Below are positions 29,549 through 42,215 of a stretch of DNA of 64,000 nucleotides, piece by piece; the stretch's first letter is position 1; each line of letters starts with the position of its first letter. Made by a program: the position numbers and the translations under genes. The stretch comes from Chrysomallon squamiferum (Eukaryota; Animalia; Mollusca), in assembly GCA_012295275.1 (NCBI GenBank), contig CM022669.1:9610001-9674000 (forward strand), written 5' to 3'. The notes below the pieces were generated by a model. It did no database searches, was not told the DNA's origin, and was given only the letters and a program-made list of their open reading frames with translations.

Positions 29549-31073
29549 TATATTGTTTTTTTTTTTTTTTTTTTTTATTATTATTATTTTATTATTTACT
29601 TTTTATTATTATTATTTTTTTTAGAATTATTTTTATATATTATTATTATTGTTGTTGTTGTTGTTTGTTTCTTGTTGATTTCTCTTTTCTTTTTTTTTTT
29701 TTTTTTTTTTTTTGTTCTAAGTACGGACGGACGTTTATCGTAATGGTCGTAGCTAGGAAACTAACTGTCTTCAGCTTTGGTCTAAAAAATCGAAAATCCA
29801 GAAACCAGTTTACTTCTAGTCTCAAGCCTACTGGATAAAGTGTCTGGTATCTGCCTTTTGTCACAGTTATTAGTTTGTGTTTGTTTATCTAGTGACAACT
29901 AATTATAGTCTTTTTTCCAGTTTATTCTAGTAACTTGCTTATCTACTGACTCACAAAAATACGTCTGTGAAATGTTGCAGGATCTGGTTATGACTGGGTT
30001 CACATATCTCACTTCGATATTTCGCCCAGGCCTGTTATTCTGCCTGGAGACATGTCAGTGACACTCAAAGGAAGAATATCACACGAACTGGGCCACCAAG
30101 TAACCATGGACGTCATCGTAGAGAAGAATCTGCTGGACACGTGGGTCACGGTGCCTTGTCACAATAACGTTGGCACATGGTGCGATTTTATATTTCTAAA
30201 AATGTACATCCTCATCATCATCATATTATTATTATTCATCAGTAACAAGTTCCTCGTTATTGTACAGCTGAAAGTTTAATTATTATCTGCTCTGTGTGGA
30301 CAGATCCCATTTTTATCTCATTATCATTGTCACTGTTATAAATGTTTATATTTCTATAGTTAGTAATCAAATTATTGTCACGTTTATAAATATAATATCT
30401 TTTATACACATCTATAATTGTTAATGTCTCCGTGTTTATATGTAAATATTAATTTAAGCACTACACTTCTGCAGTCACTACACTGACCCCTGTCACTTCC
30501 TACATTCGTTTGAGACATCCGGCCGGTGTCCAGTTCAGTTGGCTAAAAATGGAATTGACTGCACGTGCCCGTTCAACCCGAAAACGCTGAACCTGGCAGG
30601 CGAGGTCTTCCACGTGTCTTCAGTGTCAAACGGCTTTGAAGGTTTTCTTAGTGACAACGTAAGCTCGTTTCAAATCCCCATTCTCCGAATTATATATAAA
30701 TTTAAATCTTACAAAATATATCTGTTTAAATCTTCCTGACAAATGTATCAAATTTACACCACACAAAATATGGTCAATTTAAATTTACTAATAAATATAT
30801 CAAATTTATTTTCATATGTACGTCTTGCATAAATATATCAAATTTACATATCACAAAAATATCTATTTAAATCTTACTAATAAAGGTTATATCTATTTAA
30901 ATCTTACTAATAAATGTATCAAATTTAATTTCACATGTACATCTTACATAAATATATCAAATTTACATCTCATTAACAATATCATTGATTTTATATTTGA
31001 CTAAGAATCCTACTAACCATTAATAGTATACGTAAGTTTTATGAATGATATTACTAATTAATTAATTTACGTG

Positions 31074-31112
<39 letters not shown>

Positions 31113-31493
31113 ATATATATATATATATATAATATATGTCAAGCTATGCCAATGTTATTAGACATTAACTGTTTAGACACAGCTACTAAATTGTTGTTGG
31201 ATATAAACTGTTTATATTTTATCAGATATAAAGAGCAGATTTATGTTTTATTTCAGATTTTCTTTGTTTTGTTAAATATTTTATTTTATTTGTTGTTGTT
31301 GTTTTTTCTTACGGTATGGTTGGTGAATCTCCACCTGCAAACTAAAAGTTTATAATGTATATTTAATACGTTCGTTTTCTTTCGTTTTCAGCATCCGTAC
31401 CGTGTGACCTTACGTCTGAATGACAAGTACCACGGTCAGGTAGAACGGATGTGTCTGCAAGCTATCATACATATCAATGTACCTACACATTAA
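28917..31493 (+). CDS. GM2 activator-like ML-domain protein, copy 3 (184 aa, His-rich)
   Basis: Exons 28917-28986, 29981-30179, 30475-30658 and 31392-31493 (555 nt, phases 1,2,0). MFVLVLCVVFSQSLA signal, IVWKNCG, PVILPGD, WVTVPCHNNVGTCHYTDPC, GIDCTCPF and RMC. Confidence 0.93.
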
Positions 31494-32062
31494 CTACTAC
31501 AGAATTAAACGTTTATTTTACTTACCTGTTTTTACTTGTTTCTCTACAAGCTATCATACATATCAGTGTATCCCCACATTAACTACCACAGAATGAAACG
31601 TTTATTTCACTGCTAAGTTATAATGTAAAATTATGAAGTTGACAAGACTATATCAAGTTACAAAGCTGTCACAAGAAGATGTCAACTTACAAAGCTGGAA
31701 GTCTGTAACATAAAGATGAGGATCATGTTAATTACGACTCAAACATTTATAATTAGGTGAAAATAAATTTTTAGCATGTTTTTTTTTATGCGCTTGTCAT
31801 TTTTTTCTAAAGAAAATCTTTGGACTGAACGGTCTCATTAGTATGAAAACTGTAGGTACTCGAAAATTATTTATATAAATAGGTTATAATTATTTAAAAC
31901 ATGGTGATAGAAAATTGTTTATGTAAATTGTTTTGTACATAAATGCATTATATAAACAGGATAAACTATAATTAGCAATCTAATCTGCAAATAGATTATA
32001 ACACACACACACACATATATACGCACACACACACATTAACACACGCACATATTCCTGGAAGA

Positions 32063-32094
<32 letters not shown>

Positions 32095-32249
32095 TTATTC
32101 TTATAACTGAGATAAAATACTCTGTGTTATATATTTTATTACAGGTAATATTTTTATAACACTGATATAAATATAACATATTCTGTTACATATTTTCAAA
32201 ATCATTTAAATATTTATTTATTGATGTATTCAGTTCATATATCTTAATT

Positions 32250-32257
32250 TATGTGTG

Positions 32258-32293
<36 letters not shown>

Positions 32294-34784
32294 TGTATGC
32301 ATAAATGTATGTGTACATATCTATGTGTGTATTATTTCTGATTGTATGTATGTATGTAGGAAAGTGTCGTGCATTAAGCAGGTTTATGCATTTTATTTTA
32401 TTTTTGTTTAATTCAGATAATATGATATACAAACCAGATAATATGATAACGTGATATATGATACAACACAGATATGTTGTATCACACAATACATATAATG
32501 ATATATTACACAATTCAAATCATTTGATATGTCATACAGTAAAGATAATATGGCAGCTACTTCAATATATTTATAACTGACACCAGAAAAGTAAAACACA
32601 CGGTTTTTTCTACCTCAAATAATACAATCTTTGAATGTATGCGAGAGTATGTGTTTGTGTGTGTGGTGTGCATGTATATGTGTGGTGTGTGCGTTTGTGT
32701 AGTGTGTGCATGTTTTTGTGGTGTTTATGGGTACGTGCATGTGTGTACGTGCGGGTATATGATGTGTCTGGTTTGTGTGTATGTGTATGTGTGTATATGT
32801 GTGAGGTGTGGTGTGTGAGGTATGGTGTGTATGTGTGTCGTCTGTGTGTATGTGGTATGTCTGGATGTGTATCTGTATATACGTGTATGTGTCTGGCGTA
32901 TGTGTGTATCTGTGTGTGTGTGTGTGTATCTGGTATATGTATATGTGTGTGTGTGGGTGTGTATCTGGTGTATGTATGTGTGTGTGTGGTGTATGTGTGT
33001 GTGTGGGTGTGTGTTGGTCTGTTCCATATTTTTTATCAGAAGACTATATAAATACTTTGACTCAACCACTCTGAAAACAGATAAGAAAAATCTCTGTGAC
33101 TGGTAACACAAATCACCATGTTGCTTTTATTGTTTGTTTCGTTGTTTACTCTGAGCTTTGGCCAGACCTGGCATCAAACCGGCCACATTTCATGGAGAGA
33201 CTGTGGTAAGCTTAGTTTAGCAAGAAAAACTTAGAAACTGGAAATGATTAACTGCTCCAAGCTTTCAATTTTTAGCATCTGCGCAAGAAAATCATAAATG
33301 GAAAATGGACAGCTGCTCTAAGCTTTCAAATTCGAACTGACATTCATGAAAATAATTATTCCAGACTGAGTCAGTTTGATACTAACATAATATAACAATA
33401 CATAAGGAAACTAGTTCAGTTTTTACATCATAACGTAACGGAAACGTTTAAACTGAGCTGAAATATAAGAATACTTCGTAGTGAATCTGACTTGTATTTA
33501 GAAAACATTAGTGTACTCCATAACGGCATTTAGAATACACTAAAGTATTTCAGATTGGTATTTAGAATATAAGATTTTAGAATACGTGATAGTATTAAGG
33601 TTTCGTTATTTATAACCGAGGAGAGTAGATTTGACTTAGTCATTTTAAAGATACCAGTATTTTGGAATCGCAAACAAATACAAATACAAATACATACAGG
33701 TACACGAGTACAAACAGGCATCTAAATATATAAGCGCATGGAATCATTTAATAACTTTCTTCGTGATGTGGTTTCATTGCAGGCACACACGATGACTGGG
33801 TGAAAGTAACAAAGTTTGACCTGTAACCAAATCCCATTGTTCTCCCTGGAGACTTGTTTGTCACACTGGAAGGCAACATCAAACATCAATTAGGCAACCA
33901 GGTTTCTATGGATATAATAGTTGAGAAAAATCTTCTTGGAACCTGGGTCACGGTTCCTTGCAGTGGTGCTCACTACAATGTAGGAACATGGTAGGTTTGT
34001 TTTGTAAATTCAAACACGTGAGGAAACACCAACTTGATTGTAGACATTCACTCACACACGATCACTCTGTAAATTTATTATAAACGCGACAACGTGGTAA
34101 GTTTGCCATAAACATCGACATGTTAAATATGTGTTAATATTAAGTTTATTTTATTTTATTTTATTTTAATTTATTTTATTTTATTTTATTTTATTTTATT
34201 TTATTTTAATTTATTTTATTTTATTTTATTTTATTTTATTTTATTTTTTTATATTATTAAATAATCGTTCGGTCGTTTATGATTGTCAGTTGAACCCTTC
34301 TTTATACTATTTTCCTCTGTACAGCGTTAACACGATGGTCATTACAACAACCCGTTCCAGTATTTTCTTTTTTTTAAAACGTAACACATTTGTTTCTTTC
34401 TTGAAGCTTATTTAGAACGTTAAAATAACGCATTGGTTTGTAACACACTGGTGTCTAACACATACACAGATATATTAATAACATTTTACAGTAAGTGCAG
34501 GCCTAGTAATAGTAGTGTACAAATTAACAAAAAAAGTCGATGTACAAACCATTTCTAACATTTTCAAAAAAAATCCTCTGTCCAAACCTGTAGAGCACTA
34601 AGCCTAGAAACACAGAAAGAGCCTGGGACATGTAAAAATCATGTAGAATAGAGAACCTTAACACACTCGTGTAATGGGTAGTAATTTAGAGTGTGTATAT
34701 TTTCAAACAGTGAAATATGTGTTAAATATGTGTTAATATTAATTATATTTTATTTTATTTTATTTTATTTTATTTTTATATTTT

Positions 34785-34823
<39 letters not shown>

Positions 34824-36407
34824 TTTGTTTATTTATTTTTATTTATTTTTTTTATTCATGATTTTTTTTGTTTTTTGTTTTGTTTTGTTATATTACTTAA
34901 ATAATCACTAGGAGTTTTTATGCAGATTTGTTTGGTTGTCTCTGATTGTCAGTTGAACCCTACTTTATACTACATTCCTCTGAACAGCGTTAACACGATG
35001 ATGATTACAAAAACTCGTTCTAGTATTTTCTTTTCTTAAAACGTAATACATTTCTTTCTTTCTTGAAGCTTATTTAGAACGTTAAAATAACGCATTGGTT
35101 TGTAACACACTGGTGTCTAACACATAGACAGATATATTAATAACATTTTACAGTAAGTGCAGGGTTACTAACAATAGTGTACAAATTAATAACAAAAAAA
35201 TTAAAAAGTCAATGTACAAACCATTTCTAACTATTCAAAAAAATCCTCTGTCCAAACCTGTAAAGCACTGAGCCTAGAAACACAGAAAGAGCCTTGGACA
35301 TGTAAAAATCATGTAGAATAGAGAACCTTAACACACTCTCGTGTAATAGGTAGTAATTTAGAGTGTGTATATTTTCAAACAGTGAAAACAACAACAATAA
35401 CAACAACAACAATTGAATTAACCTATAACAAACATATTAGTGAAATCGTTACAGTTGAGCAAATATGAAATTCTAGAATCAGATAAACGTCAGGATTTTC
35501 AAACTGATGAACCTGAGTACAGGTCAGTATTTAGAATTTGAGACAATGTTAGAATCATTTTATCAAACTGATAAAGTAAAACAAGTTAAACTGAATGTGT
35601 TTTATTGTAGCCACTACACATACCCGTGTAACTACCTGCACACATTCGAACTGTCCGGCCAGTGTCCGGTACAACTGTCCACCCATGGAATTCAGTGCAC
35701 ATGTCCTTTCAACCCGTCAACTCTTCATCTGCCCAGAGCCAGGTTCCACGTGAATGCTGTCACTAACGGGTTTGAGCAATTCCTCAGGGACATGGTAAGT
35801 CTTATTAAATTGAAAACACAATCGATTGTTAGGTTTATTTATATTTATTGTTATGTACTTTGTAAACTCTAAATACAGTTATCTACAAAACAGTCATATC
35901 TTACTGAAAAAGGCAGATGTACTGTATATGAAATATTTTTCCACTTCAGCATCAATGGCGTGTGACAATCAAACTGAACGACAAACACCACGGACACGTT
36001 GGGAGGATGTGCATAGAAGCCAAAATGTTTATTCACGTTAAATAAATAACCAGTCTCTTCTGTGTGCAGAAATTTCTAATAAACGTGTATGTGCCCCTAC
36101 TAAATACTACTGTGTTGCTAACGCTACGACTACTCATACTACAACTACGACTACTACTGCTGGTACTGGTGCTACTGCTGTGTTTTCTGCTGCTGTTGCT
36201 GTTATTACTATCACTGTAGGCACCACAGCGTTTATTATTATTATACGTATAAAAAGTCATCTTTAAATAAAAATTTGACTATTTATTTTTCTCTCATCTG
36301 GTGTGAGCCTGAACGTCTTGTCAGATCAGCAATGAAGTCTCACAGAGTGGGCATCACTGTTGTCATGTTCTTAGAGTATCAGCTTGCTTTAATCCAGACC
36401 TGCATAT

Positions 36408-36441
<34 letters not shown>

Positions 36442-37035
36442 TATAGATACAGTGATATACATACATACATATACATACAGAAAGATACAATGATACACTT
36501 ACAGAAACACACAACGATACCTATACATAAATACGCACACGTAAACATGCACACAGACAAACTCAGACACTCATATACATTTATGAGCACACTGTCAGGG
36601 TCTCATTGCCTAAGGTGCATGTTATCACGTCTAAGTGTTATAGATGTTTGAAACACTATGACAAGGATCAGTTAATTCAAACTGAAACAGCAATTCATTA
36701 CTGTCTGTGATGGTATGATACATTAACTAGATATATAACTCATCGACAAGAGTACAACTTATTTATTAATTCATCAAATATATTTAGTAGTCGTACATGA
36801 GAAAATAAAAACAATTAAAATATTTACTGCTTTGGAAAAACCTAAATTAAAATGCTGAATCAGACAACTGATTCCCAATTAATGATGGTATAAAAAAAAA
36901 ACAAGGGAGAAAAGTATCTTACCGTATCTCGCTGGCAAACACTTATCAAAGCAAGGCCAAGTTTGCGATCCTCTTTTGTGACCGCTGTGTTCACCATAGA
37001 TGCTGGCACCCACAATTTAATCTAGAAACAATAAC

Positions 37036-37091
<56 letters not shown>

Positions 37092-37757
37092 TATTATCAT
37101 CATCATCATCATTATCATCATCATCACTATCATCTTCTTTTTTCTTTTTTTTGTATTACAAAAAGAAAGCAATAAATGAAATTATGTTTCTATATTCATT
37201 CTAACAAATGTTTTTCCATTCTTCCCAATAAAATAAAACCGTTTTACGAAAATCCTGATCTTGCAAGTTCATGTCTTTGACAAGTTAATACACAGAAACA
37301 TGAAAATACAAAGATTTCAAATATTCAGCACATAGAGACTGTTTAATTTTTTCCACATTCATCCTTTGCTTAGTTCTCAGCTAGCACCTCACCAAAATAC
37401 ATTAAAATACTTTAAGATGTAATAAAATGCATTTCGTTCAGAACAAAAAGACCTGTGTAAAGAAATATTAAAAGATATACTTCAAACCACAAACACGGTA
37501 GTGTAGGCTGACTGGGGTGGGGTCAAATGACTGAGATCAGCTCACCTGCAGGGCAAAATACAGATCACTTCACTAACCTATTCTGACAGAGCAGTATGCT
37601 TAGAAAACTAAGCATGTTTCAGTTTGTATTTCTCAGTGACGTCATCAACGTCTTGAGGATTATCCAGTTCACACAGGTCACTATTTGATGTTGACATCTG
37701 ACAACTTTCAATATGTACTAATTTATCAGGTCGTCAGGAAAAAGCTTTTTTCTGTTC
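32250..37757 (+). repeat. Right arm of inverted segmental duplication
   Basis: Reverse complement of ~22816-28140. Carries GM2-AP copy 4. Confidence 0.92.
33118..36045 (+). pseudogene. GM2 activator-like copy 4, inverted duplicate of copy 2 with a premature stop
   Basis: Exons 33118-33205, 33783-33990, 35611-35794 and 35950-36045 have the same lengths as copy 2 and intact splice sites. GAA is replaced by TAA at 33824-33826 (DLE to DL*). Confidence 0.85.
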
Positions 37758-38314
37758 ATTTCTTTCAGCTTGGTTGTTGTTGTTTTTTCTTCAGAAGAAA
37801 ATTTTCCATGATTACACATGCAATTATTCACCAGAATAAACTGAAATCTAAGCCAAAAATAAATTATTGTTAAAATTCATACTGATTAAAACCCGCAGCA
37901 CAGCCATTAAAACAAATCCGAGATTATCTGTCGTCATCACACACAGATACTATGTCATACTAACAATTCAGTCAAAAACCTGCTGATACAAGTTAAAAAC
38001 GAACACATTATGAAACCAGCGCAGGAAGACGTTTACAATCCAGTATAAGTCAGAATACTCTGTTACGCCTGCGTCAACTACACCTAGTGCCTTCTGTGTT
38101 AAATCACATCAGCGGTAGTGACACATAGTGCCATCTGTATTAAGCTGAGTCTGTGATATCTACCCGTTATACCTAGTCTAGTCAGTTGTGTCTGCAGTGT
38201 CTACACGTAATTTCTAGTCTAGTCAATTCTGCATTGTCTACATGTAATGTATTGTCTAGTCAGCTGTCTGCAGTGTCTACTCGTGATGTTATGTTTAGAT
38301 ATCTGTAGGTGCTT

Positions 38315-39023
38315 CTAACCCTAACCCTAACCCTAACCCCTAACACTAATACTAACCCTAACCCCTAACACTAATGCTAACCCTAACCCTAACCTGACCT
38401 AACCCTTAACCCTAACCCTCACCTAATCCGTAACCCTGACCCATAACCCTAACCCTAACCCTAACCCTTAACCCTAACTATCCCGCTTCTAACCCTAACC
38501 TATCCTTAACCCTAACCCTGACCTAACCCTTAACCCTGACCCATAACCCTAACCCTAACCCTAACCCTAACCCTAACTATCCCGCTTCTAACCCTAACCT
38601 GACCTAACCCTTAACCCTAACCCTCACCTAACCCTTAACCCTAACCCTTATCCCTAACCCCTAACCCTAACCCTAGATAATTAAGTCAAGCCCTAACCCT
38701 ACCCGTATCCCTAACCCAACCCTAACCCAAACCCAAACCCAAACCCTAACACTAACACAAACACTAACCCTTATCCAGATAAATAGAAAATTAAGTTAAG
38801 CCCTAACCGTAGCCCAAACTCTACCCCTAACTGACCCTAACCCTAACCCATATATATGTTTATGTATGTATAATTTTATACGGTCTGAAAGAGGTGTCCA
38901 AACTCTACCCCTAACTAACCCTAACTAAACCCAACCCTAACAGTAACCCTAATCCTAATCCTAACTTAAAGCTAACCTTAGCCCTAAACCTAACCCAGAT
39001 AAATAGATAATTAAGTCAAGTCC

Positions 39024-39080
<57 letters not shown>

Positions 39081-39430
39081 AGCATACACAAATGCAAGTG
39101 TAACACATACAGGATTAATTTTCAGGACCCAGCACCTCTTTCAGAGGTATAAAATTATACATACATAAATAATATACCGTAATATATATATATAAAAAGT
39201 ATCATTTAATATATATTATTAATATATAACATAATATATATAAACAGAATAACAAAATATTTATAAATAATATAACATAATATATGCAAATTATGTAACA
39301 ATTTACATAAATAATAATAACAATAATATAAATAGTATAAACGAATATTTATAAATAATATGTAACCCTAACCCTAACTCTAACCCTAAGCCTAAACCTA
39401 AACCTAATCGCAATCCTAAACCTCATCCTA
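38315..39430. repeat. Interstitial telomere-type (CCCTAA)n tract, degenerate
   Basis: Runs of ccctaa with variants at 38315-~39027 and 39362-39430. Confidence 0.9.
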
Positions 39431-39586
39431 ATTTTAATCGTGAAATGTTACTTACGGTGCTAACTGTACCAAGCTGTGTTCAGAACGTCACTGAGCCTCA
39501 TTTTCGTTCTGTAATATAAAAGACAGGAAAATGTAGAACTGGATGTTTTCCTGGCTGGACTGGATTAGACTGTACACAAGGTATTT

Positions 39587-39705
<119 letters not shown>

Positions 39706-41112
39706 AAAGAAAAACAAACGTATACAAACAAAACAATAAAATAATAATAACAAAAATAAAACAAAACAAAACAAACCAGCAAACAAACAAATTACAAATA
39801 AATAAATAAATAAATAAAAGTACATAGAGCCGTTTTCGTTTTCTCACAAATGATATGAATTATCTGGATTGCAAAAATTCTGAATTTATTTCCCAACTAA
39901 GTATGTAATTATGAAATATTCTCTGTGCAATAACCAGCCATTTAAATGGATAACAAAAGGAACTGGGATAAAAAGAAAGGAAAGAATCCAGATTATTATA
40001 GACTACAAAAAAATGATGAAGAAGAATTAATTAACTTAATTCTATTTGGCCTGTTTACCAGATCGTTGAAGGACATTTTACATAATATATTTAGAGAGAG
40101 AGATATATATGTGTTTTTGTTTTGTTTTTTTTTTTGGATTGTAAAACAAAATGTATTAACTGTATCTCAACAATAGAAGCAAACTTTTGAAAAACAGTGT
40201 ATTGTGATTTTCCCCAGGACTCCATAGGCCAGTCATTAGCTTCCGGCGAGAGAGAACAAAAATGTCGGAAGCAGAATTTTTCAAAGCTTTTACCATAATG
40301 GTGCATAAAACGGAACAAAAACCCGAACTGAGAACTTTCATTGAAAGTCAGTCAATTACAAGAAATTAATTAATCAATTTCTTTTTTTCTAGAAATAATA
40401 AAAACGCTCATAACATAGAAACCTTTGTTTATCCCTTTCAGTCAATGACCTTTAACAATAATGGTAAACTTACGCTAATAATCACAAAGCTTGTTTCTTT
40501 GGTTTTTATCTTTTTATTATTTTTATTAAATTAATTATTGGGATTACTATTATTTCTTTTCTTTCGTGTACAAATAAAAACGTGTGATGAACATAAAATT
40601 AATAACTTATATTTTTTGCATGTAGACGCGCGCATGTTGAACGATTTTTGATCATTTTCCTTTAATGAACTAGTAAAATGCAAGAGCACTACGTTCTACA
40701 AAACCTCACTAGTGAAATAATTATGATGATGGGGAGCATTGACCTAATCTGTCGAGTATTTGACATTAGTGCTCACATATATATTATACAGTTTGTAATG
40801 ATACAAATAATATATTAACTTCGACTTTGTCGTAAAGCACAAGCTATAGAACACTAATGATTAAAGTACACGGCTAATGCAGTGTGGTTACCTTTAACGC
40901 CAAACCTACTTCAGTTTTCACAAACAAATCGTACCTAACGTAATAAGAAAGTAATAATAATAAAAATACTATTGAATGCCCGGGGAAATGAAAATGCTAT
41001 GATGCAGTCTTTCAGTATGTCCTGTTTTTTTTTTTTCTTTCTCATTTACTTGATTATTTGATTTACTTAAGGTAGTTCATTACCTTAAATGAAAATTGAT
41101 TGACTAAATTAA

Positions 41113-41143
<31 letters not shown>

Positions 41144-41144
41144 A

Positions 41145-41200
<56 letters not shown>

Positions 41201-41805
41201 TAATAATAATTTTTAAAAATAATCATAAAAAGGTAAAAAATAAATAAAAACAAAAACAAAAAATAAATATAAAAATAAAAGTAAAGTAAAGTAAAATAAA
41301 ATAATGTAAATAACTAAATAAAATATAAAAATAATGTAATTAAATTACATATACATCAGAGATATAAGAAAATCATTTCATCATCAATATACTAATAACC
41401 ATGATTGTAGACACCTTTGTGTTACCGAATTATTGTTATTGTCATTAATATTTATATTTTTACTGTTACTACTACTACTACCATTGCTACTACTGCTGCT
41501 GTTGCTGCTACTACTACTATTACTACTACAGTTATACACACGTGTATACTTTGATGGAAATGTCTGATTCTCCAGTAATAATCAGGAGAGAAATGAATGT
41601 GTTGTGATTAGTGTGAATGGAAACAGATGGACGGATGTCGGTGTAGGAAGCTGTTAACGTCTTCGTTTTGTTCTGTGGTGAGGAAGATTATCTCGTTTAG
41701 TTTCTTTTTAGCCGATTTGTTTTCTAGCTGCGTAGAGTCTCTCAGTGTTTACCTGGACTCCCTTCTGATTAATGTCAGGAGATGTATTAATAATGTTTTA
41801 TTGAA

Positions 41806-41841
<36 letters not shown>

Positions 41842-41844
41842 TAA

Positions 41845-42215
41845 ACACCTGTAACATTGTACAGTCATTACACCAGTCACACTGTACAGTCATTACACCT
41901 GTAACATTGTACAGTCATTATACCAGTCACACTGTACAATCATTACACCTGTAACATTGCACAGTCATTACACCAGTCATACTGTACAGTCATTACACCT
42001 GTAACATTGTACAGTCATTACACCAGTCACACTGTACAGTCATTACACCTGTAACATTGTACAGTCATTACACCAGTCATACTGTACAGTCATTATATCA
42101 GTCATTTCACCAGTAATACAGTACTGTCATTTCACCAGTAATACTGTACAGTCATTTCACCAGTAATACTGTACTGTCATTTCACCATCAAAACTGTACT
42201 GTCATTTCACCAAAC
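41845..42215. repeat. ~25-bp minisatellite with alternating variants
   Basis: acacctgtaacattgtacagtcatt alternates with acaccagtcacactgtacagtcatt, then degenerates. Confidence 0.9.

Noticed and set aside
36295-36390. Weak resemblance to 5S rRNA or a 5S-derived SINE (cctgaacgtcttgtcagatc; inverted copy near 24150)
   Set aside because: Only a short partial match, with no box C or 3' half of 5S.
38315-39030. True chromosome end or telomerase RNA template
   Set aside because: The array is degenerate and flanked by genes on both sides, with no associated telomerase RNA structure.
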